Shown: piece after piece, positions 1-11,497 of the stretch
Position numbering within the stretch: the stretch's first letter is position 1
Layout: each line of letters starts with the position of its first letter
Origin: Atractiella rhizophila
Taxonomy: Eukaryota
Reading direction: 5' to 3'
Assembly: GCA_021432655.1 (NCBI GenBank)
Contig: MU271655.1
Coordinates: forward strand, 1-34,918
DNA: 34,918 nt
The notes under the pieces: generated by a model
The model's input: only the letters and a program-made list of their open reading frames with translations
Databases searched by the model: none
Told to the model about the DNA's origin: nothing
Position numbers and translations under genes: made by a program

Positions 1-954
1 CTCCTTTCAGAACAAGCAACCAAGTTTCCTAAACCGACCACAGCCCGTTTCCGGATCGCGCCACGGGGCGACTTGAGCACTTTGGTGAGCGCAGCAAGAG
101 CTGACTTTTGGAGGGGAACATTGGCACGGATGGAGGAGTCGAATCGGAGGAGGATGTCACTGAGAAGCTCTGTCGAGGCGATCAACTGTTCGGGAGGAGT
201 GCTGGCCTGCACTTAAGCAGTTAGTTTGTAGACTGGAGAACGAGGGAGAAATACGAACGGATGACAGCTGATTGATCAGTTGAGGCGTTAATTTGCCTGT
301 GATTTGTGGCGCCAGTTTAGAAGAGAATGTAATCTCGTTCGTCACCGTCTTGAGTGCTGTATTTCACATGGGCCTTCGTCAGAAGGTAGCAGATGGAAGT
401 AAAGGAACCGACCCAAAGAAGAGATGTCGCGTAACGCCTCATCGTCTGTATTGCTGAAGGCTGTCAGGCGATCGATGATGATTGCCATCCTAGATTCTTG
501 CACCTTCTTCACAAGGACACCCAATCTATCAGCACAACAAGTCGTGAGCTCATTCAATCCAATCCGAATCCCAGCCCAGTTGGTTCATGGCCACATGAAT
601 CGAAGAAGACGCACGTTTGTACCGCTTTGTTCTTCACCTCCGCATTCGTATCTTTCATTAACTCCAACACACCCTCCACCGTCTGACCTTCAGTGTTATC
701 GTCGATCGAGAAACCTTCGCGCTCGCATTCGACGATCAGGTCGTTGAGAGCCATGAAGCGAAAGTCTTGGTCCGGGTTCTTCATCTATGTCACCGTCCCA
801 AGACATGATCAGGGCCACTCTCTCAGGATAGACTGGAGACGGAAAGAGATGGACCTTGATGAGCAACTGCCCAACCTGCGCGTCAGTTGTCAGAAATCAG
901 CCTGCTTTTTCAGGATGATACTGAAGTACGCACCTGGTAAGAGTTGCGCGACAT
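1..954 (-). CDS. CAND1: Cullin-associated NEDD8-dissociated protein 1 (CAND1/TIP120), 5' part; runs off the window start
   Basis: Spliced N-terminus MSRNSYQ (934-954) + VGQLLIK (855-875) + MKNPDQDFRFMALNDL...LELMKDTNAEVKNKAVQ (from 784), then LGVLVKKV...ALRDISSLG/LKTV and ...AIRKRAVVGLGNL. Matches the CAND1 N-terminal HEAT signature (DKDFRFMATNDL, LRDISSIGLKTV). Confidence 0.95.
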
Positions 955-2014
955 AGTGAGTACTTTCTAGCCAGAGGTAAGCTGCTTTCTTCGTAGTCGA
1001 GCGACGCGATTTGACTGTTGCGGCTGATCGATGTGAAGCGAACGGGAACGTGAATGACGACCGTACGGACAGCTACAATCGAAGTGTCGGATATGGGCAA
1101 CTAGCAGCCTTTACCAACCCCCAAATAACAACCAAGTCAACAAGTCCAAACGGTCTGCTAACTTACTCAAATTCTTTCCTTGTAGACCATTTCCAGATAC
1201 AAGTCATTCGGCTGCCATTCCTACACATCTCCGTTTGGTGTTCATGTGTCCATTGAAGTTGATCGACTTTTGACGAGGCTGGTGAAGACGACTGCAAGAC
1301 ATGTCTGGTCGTTTTGGAGACACAGGAGCAACCCATATATCTTTGAGTGTTTGCTTGGATAAGTGTCACAACAAAGAGAGCTCTCTGTCCTGATAATTTT
1401 GAACTTCTATCGTCTAATGATACTAGAATGTAAAGAGGAAGACCACTTCTTGATTTGCATATATGATCCTACTCTATGGCGGCCGTTGGAGGTTATTCTA
1501 TCATACTAAACGTGACGTTTCAGCGTCACAAAAACTGAAGGAAGGATGCAGAGTTTGGCGGGATACCCAATCGGAGGGGACACCGTGCAGATGTAGAGCT
1601 TGAAGACCGGAAAAAATAGCCTCAGCCTCTTATTCATGTGTGACGCCATGGGGCCATGGTGGAAATACTATTTACTATGCGGATGTCTGAAAAAACAAGG
1701 CAAAAGTGCTCATAGAATAGAGCCATTCACACTGCCTGTTATGGTCAAAGCGCAGAATGTCTGTCATGTACACCTAGCGATAACAGCATTTTTCGTTGAA
1801 AGTTAGAAGATGGACCTTCGAGGAGAATATTTTACGGGAAGATTGAAACGAAGGACATTATATTGTATTAGCTAGAAAAAAATCACCCATGTACGAAACC
1901 TATACAAATCATCAGAACATGGACGAAGCCAACGTACCATCCGCAACGAAAATGAACCAAAGAACAAACAAATGCACAACCAAGTGTTCGGCACACCACC
2001 CAACCATCAATGCA

Positions 2015-3601
2015 TCAGACCTCCGAGTCACGCTCTGCCATTAGTTTTTCGGCACGAGCCTCGTCCACCTGCTTCCTCCCTACACTCTTCTCGATCCATC
2101 GCATCCTCGCGTAGATAATACCTTTACAGATTGTGAGAAGCAGGGCAGCTATGTATGCGCTTTCATCAACATGGGAGCTGAGGACGAGAGGGAAAGGCGA
2201 GAAAAGGAGTGGCAGGGAACTCACACGCTGCTGCGATACCGACTATGTATCCTGCTAGTTCACCTGCTCCATTATCGGGATTGAGGAAGTTGTACACTGT
2301 TCGTAATACCATACTTAAGTTTAGAATCCGTAAACGGATGGAATGCATACCGTAGAACCCTTGTGTTTCATGGGTTATATATGCCACTCCTATCATCGAA
2401 TCGCATGTGAATTTCTGTTCGCATGCTCAAGGGAAAAAGAGACCTAGATACCCAGCCAGCATCACGATGAGGAAAGGGATGTGTAGCCACTCTGGTTGTG
2501 GTGTACGAGTGAAGATGACCTCGAAGGCTGCCTGAACTGAGTTGAGGATGTGGAGGGAGACGTTGGACCAAGCTGTATCACAAACACTTCATCAGCTTTC
2601 TCATCAAATAGAGAAGAGGTAAACAGAGATACCGTTAAAGGGACTATCAAAGGAGTTGTCGGAGAGTATGGCCCAGTAGACTATGGTTACGAGGAAGCCT
2701 GCATCGTCACAATCTTAATTCAATCTCTGCTCATAGCAGGGACAGCATAAGATAGACGGACCATATATCGGTATAGTGCTCCAAAGGAGGGCATGCAAGA
2801 ACTGCAGTATCCTTGGCCAGCGTTGCAAAGGGTATCTGTTCCGAGGAACAATTGCAGCGCCGTTATCTGGTAACTGCTTTTCATGAACTTCTTCATCATG
2901 TGTTCGTCTGAGAGCGAGATTGCGGCGGTAAAAATACGTCTGAACGGCGGCCGCGAAGAAGTAAGCGCATTGGCCGATGTAGCAGAGATGAGTGAAGTAA
3001 CTGAAAAATCTGTTTCCGTTACGGGAAGTCAGTAAGGTCAATTCAACGTCGTGGAATTGAGAAATCGACATCAGGAGTGTAAGCTTTTGATTCTGAAAAC
3101 GAGGAGGGAAGTTGTGGTCTCCTCTCCTCTGAGTGCCTTTGCTGAAGAACCATAGAGTATTCTGTCTACGGTAAATCCTTGAAAAGCACATAGTGATCCA
3201 CTTTGGCAAGGATGCCGCCAATGGCACTGTGTCCCACAGTAACGTATTAGTACCACAGGAGGGTAACTTCAAACCAAGGACGGGTATCCCAGAGCCAACT
3301 CTTCTCTTTAAGAGCAACATGTATGGAATATGTGTCCAAAAACAAAGCTCCTGAAAACACAACAGCGCTGCACGCGAAGATTGTACGCATAAGCTGAGTT
3401 CAAAACGTACGAATCGATATCGTGATCCCTAACAGAGTCCCAAACGACTCTAAAAACCAACGTCGTCAAGGTGTAAACTGCGATTGACCCGCGTATGAGG
3501 AGGAGGACTCCAGGAGAGAATGCCCAGGAGGTGACATAGCGGCAGGAGGGGTCAAACGGTGCTGGAGCTCCAAGCAGATTCCACAGTTTGTCGCTCGTCA
3601 T
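2015..3601 (-). CDS. Multi-pass membrane protein, FAR-17a/AIG1-like or rolling-stone-like fungal family (about 7 exons)
   Basis: Exons join in frame: MTSDKLW...FDPSCRYVTSW...DIDS (3411-3601), FFSYFTHLCYIG...LLWST (from 3009), GFLVTIVYWAIL, AWSNVSLHILNS...FEVIF, YIGVAYITHETQGFY, VYNFLNP, ending RDSEV*. The YFT, VYW, H..NS and Y.FL motifs are typical of this family; assignment is from recalled motifs. Confidence 0.75.
3010..3410 (-). other. Long first intron (401 nt) of the membrane-protein gene
   Basis: Donor GTACGT at 3410, acceptor AACAG ending at 3010; the phase-2 join gives ...DIDS-FFSYFTHL. Confidence 0.75.
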
Positions 3602-5730
3602 GTCTCCTTGGCCTGGAGGGAGAGCTGAGACGCTTTGGCGAAGTAGTCTAGTTCAACCACAGCAAGAGAGGTGGAGGTGAACGCGGTCGATGCTACACTC
3701 TGCGCAGGGACTCAGGACGGCAAGGCAGGAAGGGAGTGATACTGTCGTCAAAGGGGAGAAAAAGATTGGGGGGGAGCTGCAGACTTGGTCGTCCGACAAA
3801 AAAGGAGTTCATGTTGGAACTTGGGAATCACGAGCTTTGTGAAAGTTTGTTTATTCTTGTCGCGCAGTCTTGTGGGTGCCCAAGGTGCCCAAACGACGGG
3901 TCGATGGAACCAAGCACAAACCACCAGCCAAAGAAAGATAGAAAACATTTAAAAGCATGAAAGCTTTCCTCTAACAAGATTTGACAATTTTGTGTACACT
4001 TATGCCGTGAAAAGCGTCGCAACGTACATGATTGGTAGGACTCTGAGACTCTAAATGGCATGCAGTGTGATCGCACATTCAAGTTTCTTCCAAGTCCCTC
4101 AATTTCTCAACCAATAGCAGGGTAACATGGATACTGGGATATTCAAAGCGTTCGGGAGGTTGCTGAACATCCGAGTTTCTTGTTTAACCGCGGCATCCTG
4201 CAAAGAAGCCACTTCCTCCTCTTCGTTTTCGGGTAGTATTGCATCTCATTCACGATTCCCTTCACTTGTTTGATGTGACATCTACCACTTACTCTTCCAT
4301 TTCATTGATATGATTAAACTAAACTCTGCACAATCGCAAGGGAATGTTTCTCCCATGCGACTGACACTGTCGCTGTCCAGATCACCTAAACCCAACGGCA
4401 AGGGCTCGGAGCTCTGCCTTTATCTCGCACACACAAAGTATCATGAGTATATCTATTTCATCGACTGAAATATGGGTAGGAGAGAGGGGAGGTTATAACT
4501 TGGGCAACCTAGAGTTCAACATTCAACAGTGAAGTTTGAATGAGGGACTACCATTGCAGCGAAGGTGACGTCTTTTTCGATGTTGAGATTACAGGTTCCT
4601 AACCTTTCAAAGGTAATGTGACTTGGGGTGCAAGAATGTTGAGGAATTTACAATCTGCTTACGTATGAAATGCGTTTGTACTCTCACTGGGCAGACGCTT
4701 TCCTGAATGTCTATGGCAACCAGACCAGTTTTAGTATTCAATATTGGATATTGGATATTCACGAGCCAAATATTCATAAAGCAATGCTTCCGCAAAAAAA
4801 CACCCGCCACTCAGGCTTATTGGTAGAAAGACGAGTCGGATACTCAGTCAGGCTCGTCTCAAAGTTCCTGTAGCTTACAGTTCACTTCGAGTCACCTCCT
4901 CGCGAAACTGACGCGTTTCTCTCGTCTCTTTTCGTATTTTGATGATATTGACGGCACAGAGCAAACCCTGTTGCTGAGATCGCGGAAAGAAAAAAAAAAC
5001 CAATAGTTGTGAAGTGGACGGGATGCTTATGCCAGTACATTGCTTGACAGATGACGACCTAACATGCTCCGAGTCTATGAAAATGGTGGAAGGGGTTGTT
5101 GTAACCCCCACTACTACCAAATACAGGAAGTGCAGAGAAAAGTTTGTCCAGTATGGTTACTACGGTTAAACGGGAAAGCTCTGCAGTCGTTCGCTGTGGG
5201 ATGAAAGGTACCCATATTACTGGCAACCAGAGGACTCAAAATAATTCTCAATGGTAATTATGATGTTGTCATAATGGGACTCGGATCTGGTATCTCTGAG
5301 ATCTTGTACCTATTGATGGAATCAAAATGCGCATTATGACTATGAATATTTAGTGTAATTGCTCATATTAAGATGAAATCTCATGAGGTTGGACAACGTC
5401 TACGCGAGATCGCTCGCAAGCGTCGCTGGAGATCCTTTACACTCACACTCACGCTGGCATCGGTGACACTCAGTAACCAGTTGTTGCGAGCGAAGAATAA
5501 CGAGGGTAATGGACGCACAAAGACTCACTGCTGTGCCTAGGTTGGACTTTCGACTAAAAGGTCTCTATATTACACATCCTCAACGCCTCAACTGTTGCTC
5601 ATCCATGCACTCAAAATGAACCAAGTGCCGCCTTTTCCGACCGCCACGCCGAGTTCACTTCGCTCCATTGTGTTGAGTGTTGAAACGATCCATCAGTGCC
5701 TCACAATTCTTTCTCACCTCACACATCCCA

Positions 5731-8700
5731 ATGTCGCACTCTGGCCCTGCCCTCCTGCACAAGAAGCAGCGACCCCGTTCCTCCTCCTTCTCCACCCCCA
5801 CATCCTCGTCCAGCAACCTCTCCACCCTCCCCTCCTCCGCCTCCACCCTCTCCTCCATCTCCAACGCATCCCTCGCCTCCACCACCACCGCACGCTCAGG
5901 CTCAGCTCTCGGATTTAGGAGGGAACGTACGGGGACGGGCGGAGGACTCGCTTCGTTGGTCGCTGCTGAAGCTGGACTCACCGGAGGTGGTTTGGCGGGA
6001 TTGGGTGGACTGGGGATGGCGCAGGGAAGTAGAGAGGCTTTGGGGAGGGAAGGCGCTTGGGTTGAGGTTGGGAGAGGTGTTGGACCGCTTTTGTATGTTT
6101 TTCCTGCATGTTGATCGGAAGAAATTGGTGCCGTTCGTTTTGTTCTGCTCTCTTTTGATGTTCAAGTTATTTCACTCTGACTGTGCTTTGTTGAATTGTC
6201 TGGAAGAGAAATTTCAACTTGCGCTCATCGGTTCGTTGCCGAATGAAGAGTTTAATGTTATGGTGAAATAGTCATGGATGGATGAATGCACCTGGAAGTA
6301 GGAGGAGGTTGAGGAGTTACACACAGCAGAAGCAGTATTTCATTGCCTTTCGTCTACGACGGCCAGTAACAGCTGAACTCTTCCACGCATCTCGCTTTCA
6401 CGTCCGATCGTCCAACACCATCTAATTTTTACGTGTCTGTGTGCGTTGAGATTTACGTAGTTTATTGACTTCTTCGCCAGCCTCGCATCGCATGAGTGAC
6501 TGCTGATGTTGCGTATGTCCATGCGCTCTTTCACCTCTACTTTAATGCTCGTTAGCAATGTCCCTCATAGCGCAGCCGCTACTAGAGGAACTAAAACCTG
6601 GCCGAGAGACAGAGCCCCCTTCATTCACACACATATCTTACTTCCGACGCGGCCTTACCGTTACAAGTTGACAGCACGGCGCCATAAATTTACTTTGCGT
6701 CCTTCAGCGGACAATATGTTGTTTCAATACATGTGGCCTTTAGGGATGTTTTAGAGATCTTGTTGATGTTCTAGTGGACACCACGATGGACACTAGGGGT
6801 CGCATGGCACAGCTTCAGCTGATGTCAATTGTGACTGTCTTCCGATCGGGGAGTCTTCTTCCGCTCTGCTTCAGTCCGTTGAACTAGAATGATTTCCTGC
6901 AGATAGGAAGAGACGAAATACATCACAGCTTCTGCAGTCGAAGGCTGAAAGCCCTCTTGCGTGAGCATCCTGATTGTTCCTTCGTGGTGATCACTGTTCT
7001 TTCTTCCATACCGATGACGATGAGCTGCGATCTCTGCGTTCGCGCTATCGGTTCGAATCGGTGGACAGTGTATAATCTCCTAAGAGTTGAGTGATGATCA
7101 ATATGAGATTGAACCCCTTGAACCCCGTAGCTTGGAAGGAACGAAGATAGTGATTCTTTTATTAAAAAACGGTTCGATTGTTACATCTGTCATGCAAACA
7201 ATTCCTATATCGCCTCATTCCGAACAGGTTTAAGTTGAAGCTGTGAGAAGTGCAGAGCCTGGAGAAGCGGAAGGCTGATGTCTTTTTTCGCAACCCTTAG
7301 TTCGCACGGCCACGTCGGACGTGCAATGATTTGGTTCGGGGTCTACGTCGATTCTCTCCGACCTTTCTGGCCTCACTGCTTACAATGCTGCATTAGCAGA
7401 TGCGGGAAATTTTCACCGTAACTGAGATCTTGATATTGCGAAGGAGATAGATGATTGACCTGGCCCGAAGCCATCTCAGGTGTTGCCCATCATCTAGCCT
7501 GATGGCTTCTAAACCTGGAGTAGTCTTCTGACCATTATTTTGTACACGAAGCTGGTCTGAACCCCAAGCGAAGATGCAGCCACATGCAATTGGCTATCAG
7601 TATTCAGCCTTTGGCTGTTCTATGTCATGCTGCAGTTGAGTATTCTAACGCAAGTCTGGGTAACAGTAAAGACGGAGGATTGAAAGGCAATGTTGAAGAT
7701 TTGAACGAGCAAGTGAGGTCAGTCAATGCCCTGTAGAGCTTTCAGTCCACTGAGCACTTTCACCCAGCCAGCACATCCGCCGACTCATGAGCGCTACACC
7801 GACACGAACTCTGCCACAAGTCCTTTCGCTCCTCAGCGCTGACGTCTTCAACCTCCTATCCCAGAACTGCGCCAAAATTCTACAACCAAAGCTCGTCTTT
7901 CCCGATACCCCAGAAGGCAACGAACGGCTACTTCAACGTCTCACTGAAGTGTGGTCTTTCTACTGGGGCAGCGTCCTGCCATACGTCGAAGGCGTCTTCC
8001 TTCCATGCCGGACGGATGAGCGAATTCAACGCGCGCTGTCACGTTTGGTGCAGCAAAGTCAGAGCGTCACCAACCCTGCGGCAGCACAAACTGCCGCTGT
8101 GGAACTCGAAAAGGCAAACGCGGCCATGGTGGACGCTCGAAAACTGGCATTGATGGCTTTTCGGGACCAAATAATCGTGCCAATGATTCAGCGTTTGACA
8201 AACCTTTTTTCTCAAATCTACGACAGTCGTCCGGGGTCCACTAGGGAGAGCGTCCATTCGAATGGCAACTCCACTCTTCGTGGTTTCGCCATGAGTAATG
8301 CTTCGTCGACGAACAAGTCTCCCCTGTCTTCCTCTTCTACCCTTCAACCATCAGATACCACTTCCTTGTCATCTAAGTCTTCGTCATCGAACCAACTTGG
8401 TGCTGGACCCCAGACATCCGCCGCTCAAGCAGCTCCCGCGAAACGACTTCAAATGGTCTCCATTCTATCGAGCGTTATGACAGATGACGATGCTCAAGAG
8501 AGCATGGAGGGTCTCCTCAAATGTATGCGAAGATGGAACAATAGTGAAAGCCCAAGTCGGCGAGGGAGCATGATACCCCCTACATCAAACGGGGACGTGA
8601 ATGGTGGTTCGAACTTCCTCGGTGGGAAAGGAAGAGGTGAAAGTTGGGAGAGCAGAGGAGGGTATTACACCGCTCGAGCCGCGAGTAGGCGAGGGGAATG

Positions 8701-9313
8701 GCCGAGGAGAAGAGCCGGAAGGGAACAAGCCGCTTCACCCACGTCGATGTCTCCCGAGAGTTCGTTGATCGTCGCAAGTCCTGAAGAGGAAATAACGCAA
8801 GAAGAGCTTATCCCGTCCCCACGCGTGGAAGCTAAAGAACTCGTCTCGGCTCAGGACTCAAATGATCAGGAGGAAGAGGAACTCAAAGATGTTGTGCCCG
8901 AACAGACAGCCCCGGTCAGGAAAGGACGGGAGCGCTCAAACACCATGTCACGACGTTGGCGGTCAGACTCAAATGCACAACGGATGTCGTATTTTGCTGA
9001 ACTGGCGGGGCTTCAGACTGACCAACCGATGCCACCAAAGGAGCTGGAGACACCAGTCCAAGGAAGCAGGCGGCTAGGAGCGTCTCCACGATTGCAGGCA
9101 GTGGATAACGTCAGTTTGCGCACGAAAGGCAGTGGTGCTTCCACACCAACATTGGGAGCGTCTGAAATCAATTTACCACCTGTGGATAAGCTAGAGAGCT
9201 TGAAGGAGAAGAGAAGGAGAGGTCTTGCTGGTCTTCCAGCATCACTCGATATCGGAGAGGCTCAGAAGAAGGAACGAAGGAATGGTTTTGTGGAAGTGAA
9301 GGATATGGTGTAG
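5731..9313 (+). CDS. HbrB-domain protein (Bit61/PRR5/Protor family, TORC2-associated), about 652 aa; exons 5731-6092, 7667-7717, 7768-9313
   Basis: Splicing gives AWVEVGRGVGPLF-KDGGLKGNVEDLNEQVS-QHIRR, then LTEVWSFYWGSVLPYVEGVFLP, DARKLALMAFRDQIIVP and RLQMVSILSSV: the HbrB motifs in order. All junction phases match. Confidence 0.85.
6093..7666 (+). other. Very long first intron (1574 nt) of the HbrB/Bit61 gene
   Basis: GTATGT donor at 6093, CTAAC branch at 7645-7649, AACAG acceptor ending at 7666; the join restores the conserved PLF..G..L.G.VEDLN motif. Confidence 0.8.
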
Positions 9314-11497
9314 TTTATTCTTCTGCAATATGTTGTAGCACTTCTGAACCTGGTTGTCCTTGTGGTTTGCTTGCGTTGGGACCCTTTCGATGTAGGGTTG
9401 CAGAAGGACACCCTTTCTGTTTAAAGGTTTGTCACCTGACATGGCTGAACGCGTCCATCAAGATCCAACCTGACTTTGACGACCAATTCTCATCAACCCA
9501 TCGACCACTTCCACACCATCAGCTATTGGGCTGGAACTGTCTTGCGTCTTCAGCAGATCCCCGATCGATTTTCTGTCTCTTCCCCCTAAGGCACCGCAAA
9601 GTGGCACTGAAGGTGGAGATCGCCTGAAATCACAGCAGCGTGAGGCAAGCGTGGGTGGAAGACAAGCTAGGATGACACATTAAGAGCGGGGACTGGGAAG
9701 AACACCATGAAAGGATGGAAAACGGGGACAAATTCGATGTTTGACGAAGTAAGTCTTCCAAAGTTCTCGAACGGTGGTTCGCAGGGCTCGCGCGTTCTGT
9801 TTTGTTATCTTTATCTCACGCGCATTCGACGCGCTTCTGAATTTCCCCTCTTCCTATGTTGTCCTCTGCTTACTCTTTCAGCACTCTTTGAGGCTACAAA
9901 GAGCCAGCCGTACAGAGGGAAATCCATTATTATGGTGCAGAAAGCGCTAGTATCTTCTTTCTCACCTCTTCAGGTTCCGTTTGAGAAAAACAAAGAGGGC
10001 AATGGCTTTGCAATGACCTGAGACCCTTCCATTAAGTCTATAACCTGGGACCTCAGATTGTCAAGGAGAAGGGCAAATAATTTCAAGAGTGCCAGGAGCT
10101 ATCTCAGCTATACTGTCACTGTTTTTCTTGAGGGGATTCGCGGACGGATTCTAGCACAATGGTATTTCGTGCCTTCCACTTTTTTTTCCAGGTCCTGAAA
10201 GCAAGACAATGCTCCTCGTCAAGTGTGGGAAGCGGGTGAGAATTTGCCTCCGTTGATTTGGGTCTCTTCTCGACGCTGTCCAATCTCACCGAAGTGGAAG
10301 CGGTTCTAATGTCAATTGACTTGTCTGCAAATTTGGAATGAAAGTCATAGATTGAATGCCTTCGAGCATTTCGATACAGATCAATGAATTGCGGGTCTCG
10401 AAGTTCTGTTTTCTGACACTTTGGGCGCGATTGCAATGATAATCACATCCAAAGTTTAATCTCGATGAACGAACCTGTTGCACAGGTCATTCAGCTTTGT
10501 GCATCCGCGTCCTGGCCTGTTCTGAAGTGCGGTAGCCATGGATGCTGAGACGTCCCACTTCCATAATGGGAACAGCAATCCCTCTCCTGATTGATAGCAT
10601 GATTCCGGTGGTATCCTCAGTCCCACAACCCCAGCGAGTGTGAAAGTCACCGGGTACCCCAACCAAAGGCTTACGTTCGGACAAAGGGTCGCAGCCGAAG
10701 TGGGGCGATGTCAAACTGTCAAACTGATCGATTTGATCTCAAATGCTTCCAACGCATATCATTTGTTTTGAACTTCTTCTGGTCTGATGTTCGAGAATGA
10801 TGAACAAATCCACTCCTTTGGGATTATCCTCCCCAAAGTTAAGAAAGGAGTTTCCAAGGAATTCGAACAATCAGAATTCGTTTCAGGACGTTTCATCTCA
10901 GCTTTTGGCTCTGGAGATGAGTTTCAAGTGATCGCCACTGGTTCGGACAAAGCTTGTAACCTCCGTCATTTTCTCATGTTCAAATACGTGCCTTTTGACC
11001 TTAACTTCGATCCTGCGGCCGTACCCAGCGTAAGGTCAAGAGGGGCGTCTGTCTAAGTCACGCAACTCTGGCTCGATCCCTTGCTGGAGTAGCTTTCGCC
11101 GCTGACCTCGTTCGTTGGTCTCGATGGTTTCGCTGGTTCCATCTCGATCACCTCAGTTTAAAGTCAATTAATGTCGCCAATTCGGAGATCTCATTTTCTT
11201 CTTTTTTTGTTATAAGAAGTCTTCAACCCCATTGAAGACAGACCAAGCGTCGCCTTTGTGTTGTCTCCTCGATTCAAGCCGTGAGCGTGCCGTCATCAAC
11301 GCCGTTCATATTGAATCCTTTAGGATTCACAAAGTGCTATCTGAACCCAATTCCGTCCTATTGGATCATTCACATTTCCAGCATAAATAGTATTCCCTCC
11401 CTTCGCAGCATCTTGGACGGCGAGGTCTGTGCATGCGTATCAATAGTCATTGACTTATTTCAAGATAGACTTCTTTTCTTCTAATTCGGCCACCAGT

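Noticed and set aside
5410..5493. 10-bp inverted repeat TCGCTCGCAA / TTGCGAGCGA as MITE ends
   Set aside because: Short, with no target-site duplication or second copy in the window.
3602..5730. Short ORFs in the 2.1-kb intergenic region as transposon remnants
   Set aside because: No transposase, reverse transcriptase or integrase motifs and no terminal repeats were recognisable.
5595..6271. Several overlapping Pro-, Leu/His- or Glu-rich ORFs on both strands
   Set aside because: Alternative readings of the C-rich/G-rich HbrB exon 1; only the 5731 frame splices into conserved motifs.
7030..7070. GGTTCGAATC resembling a tRNA T-loop
   Set aside because: The T-stem does not pair, and no acceptor or anticodon arms can be built.
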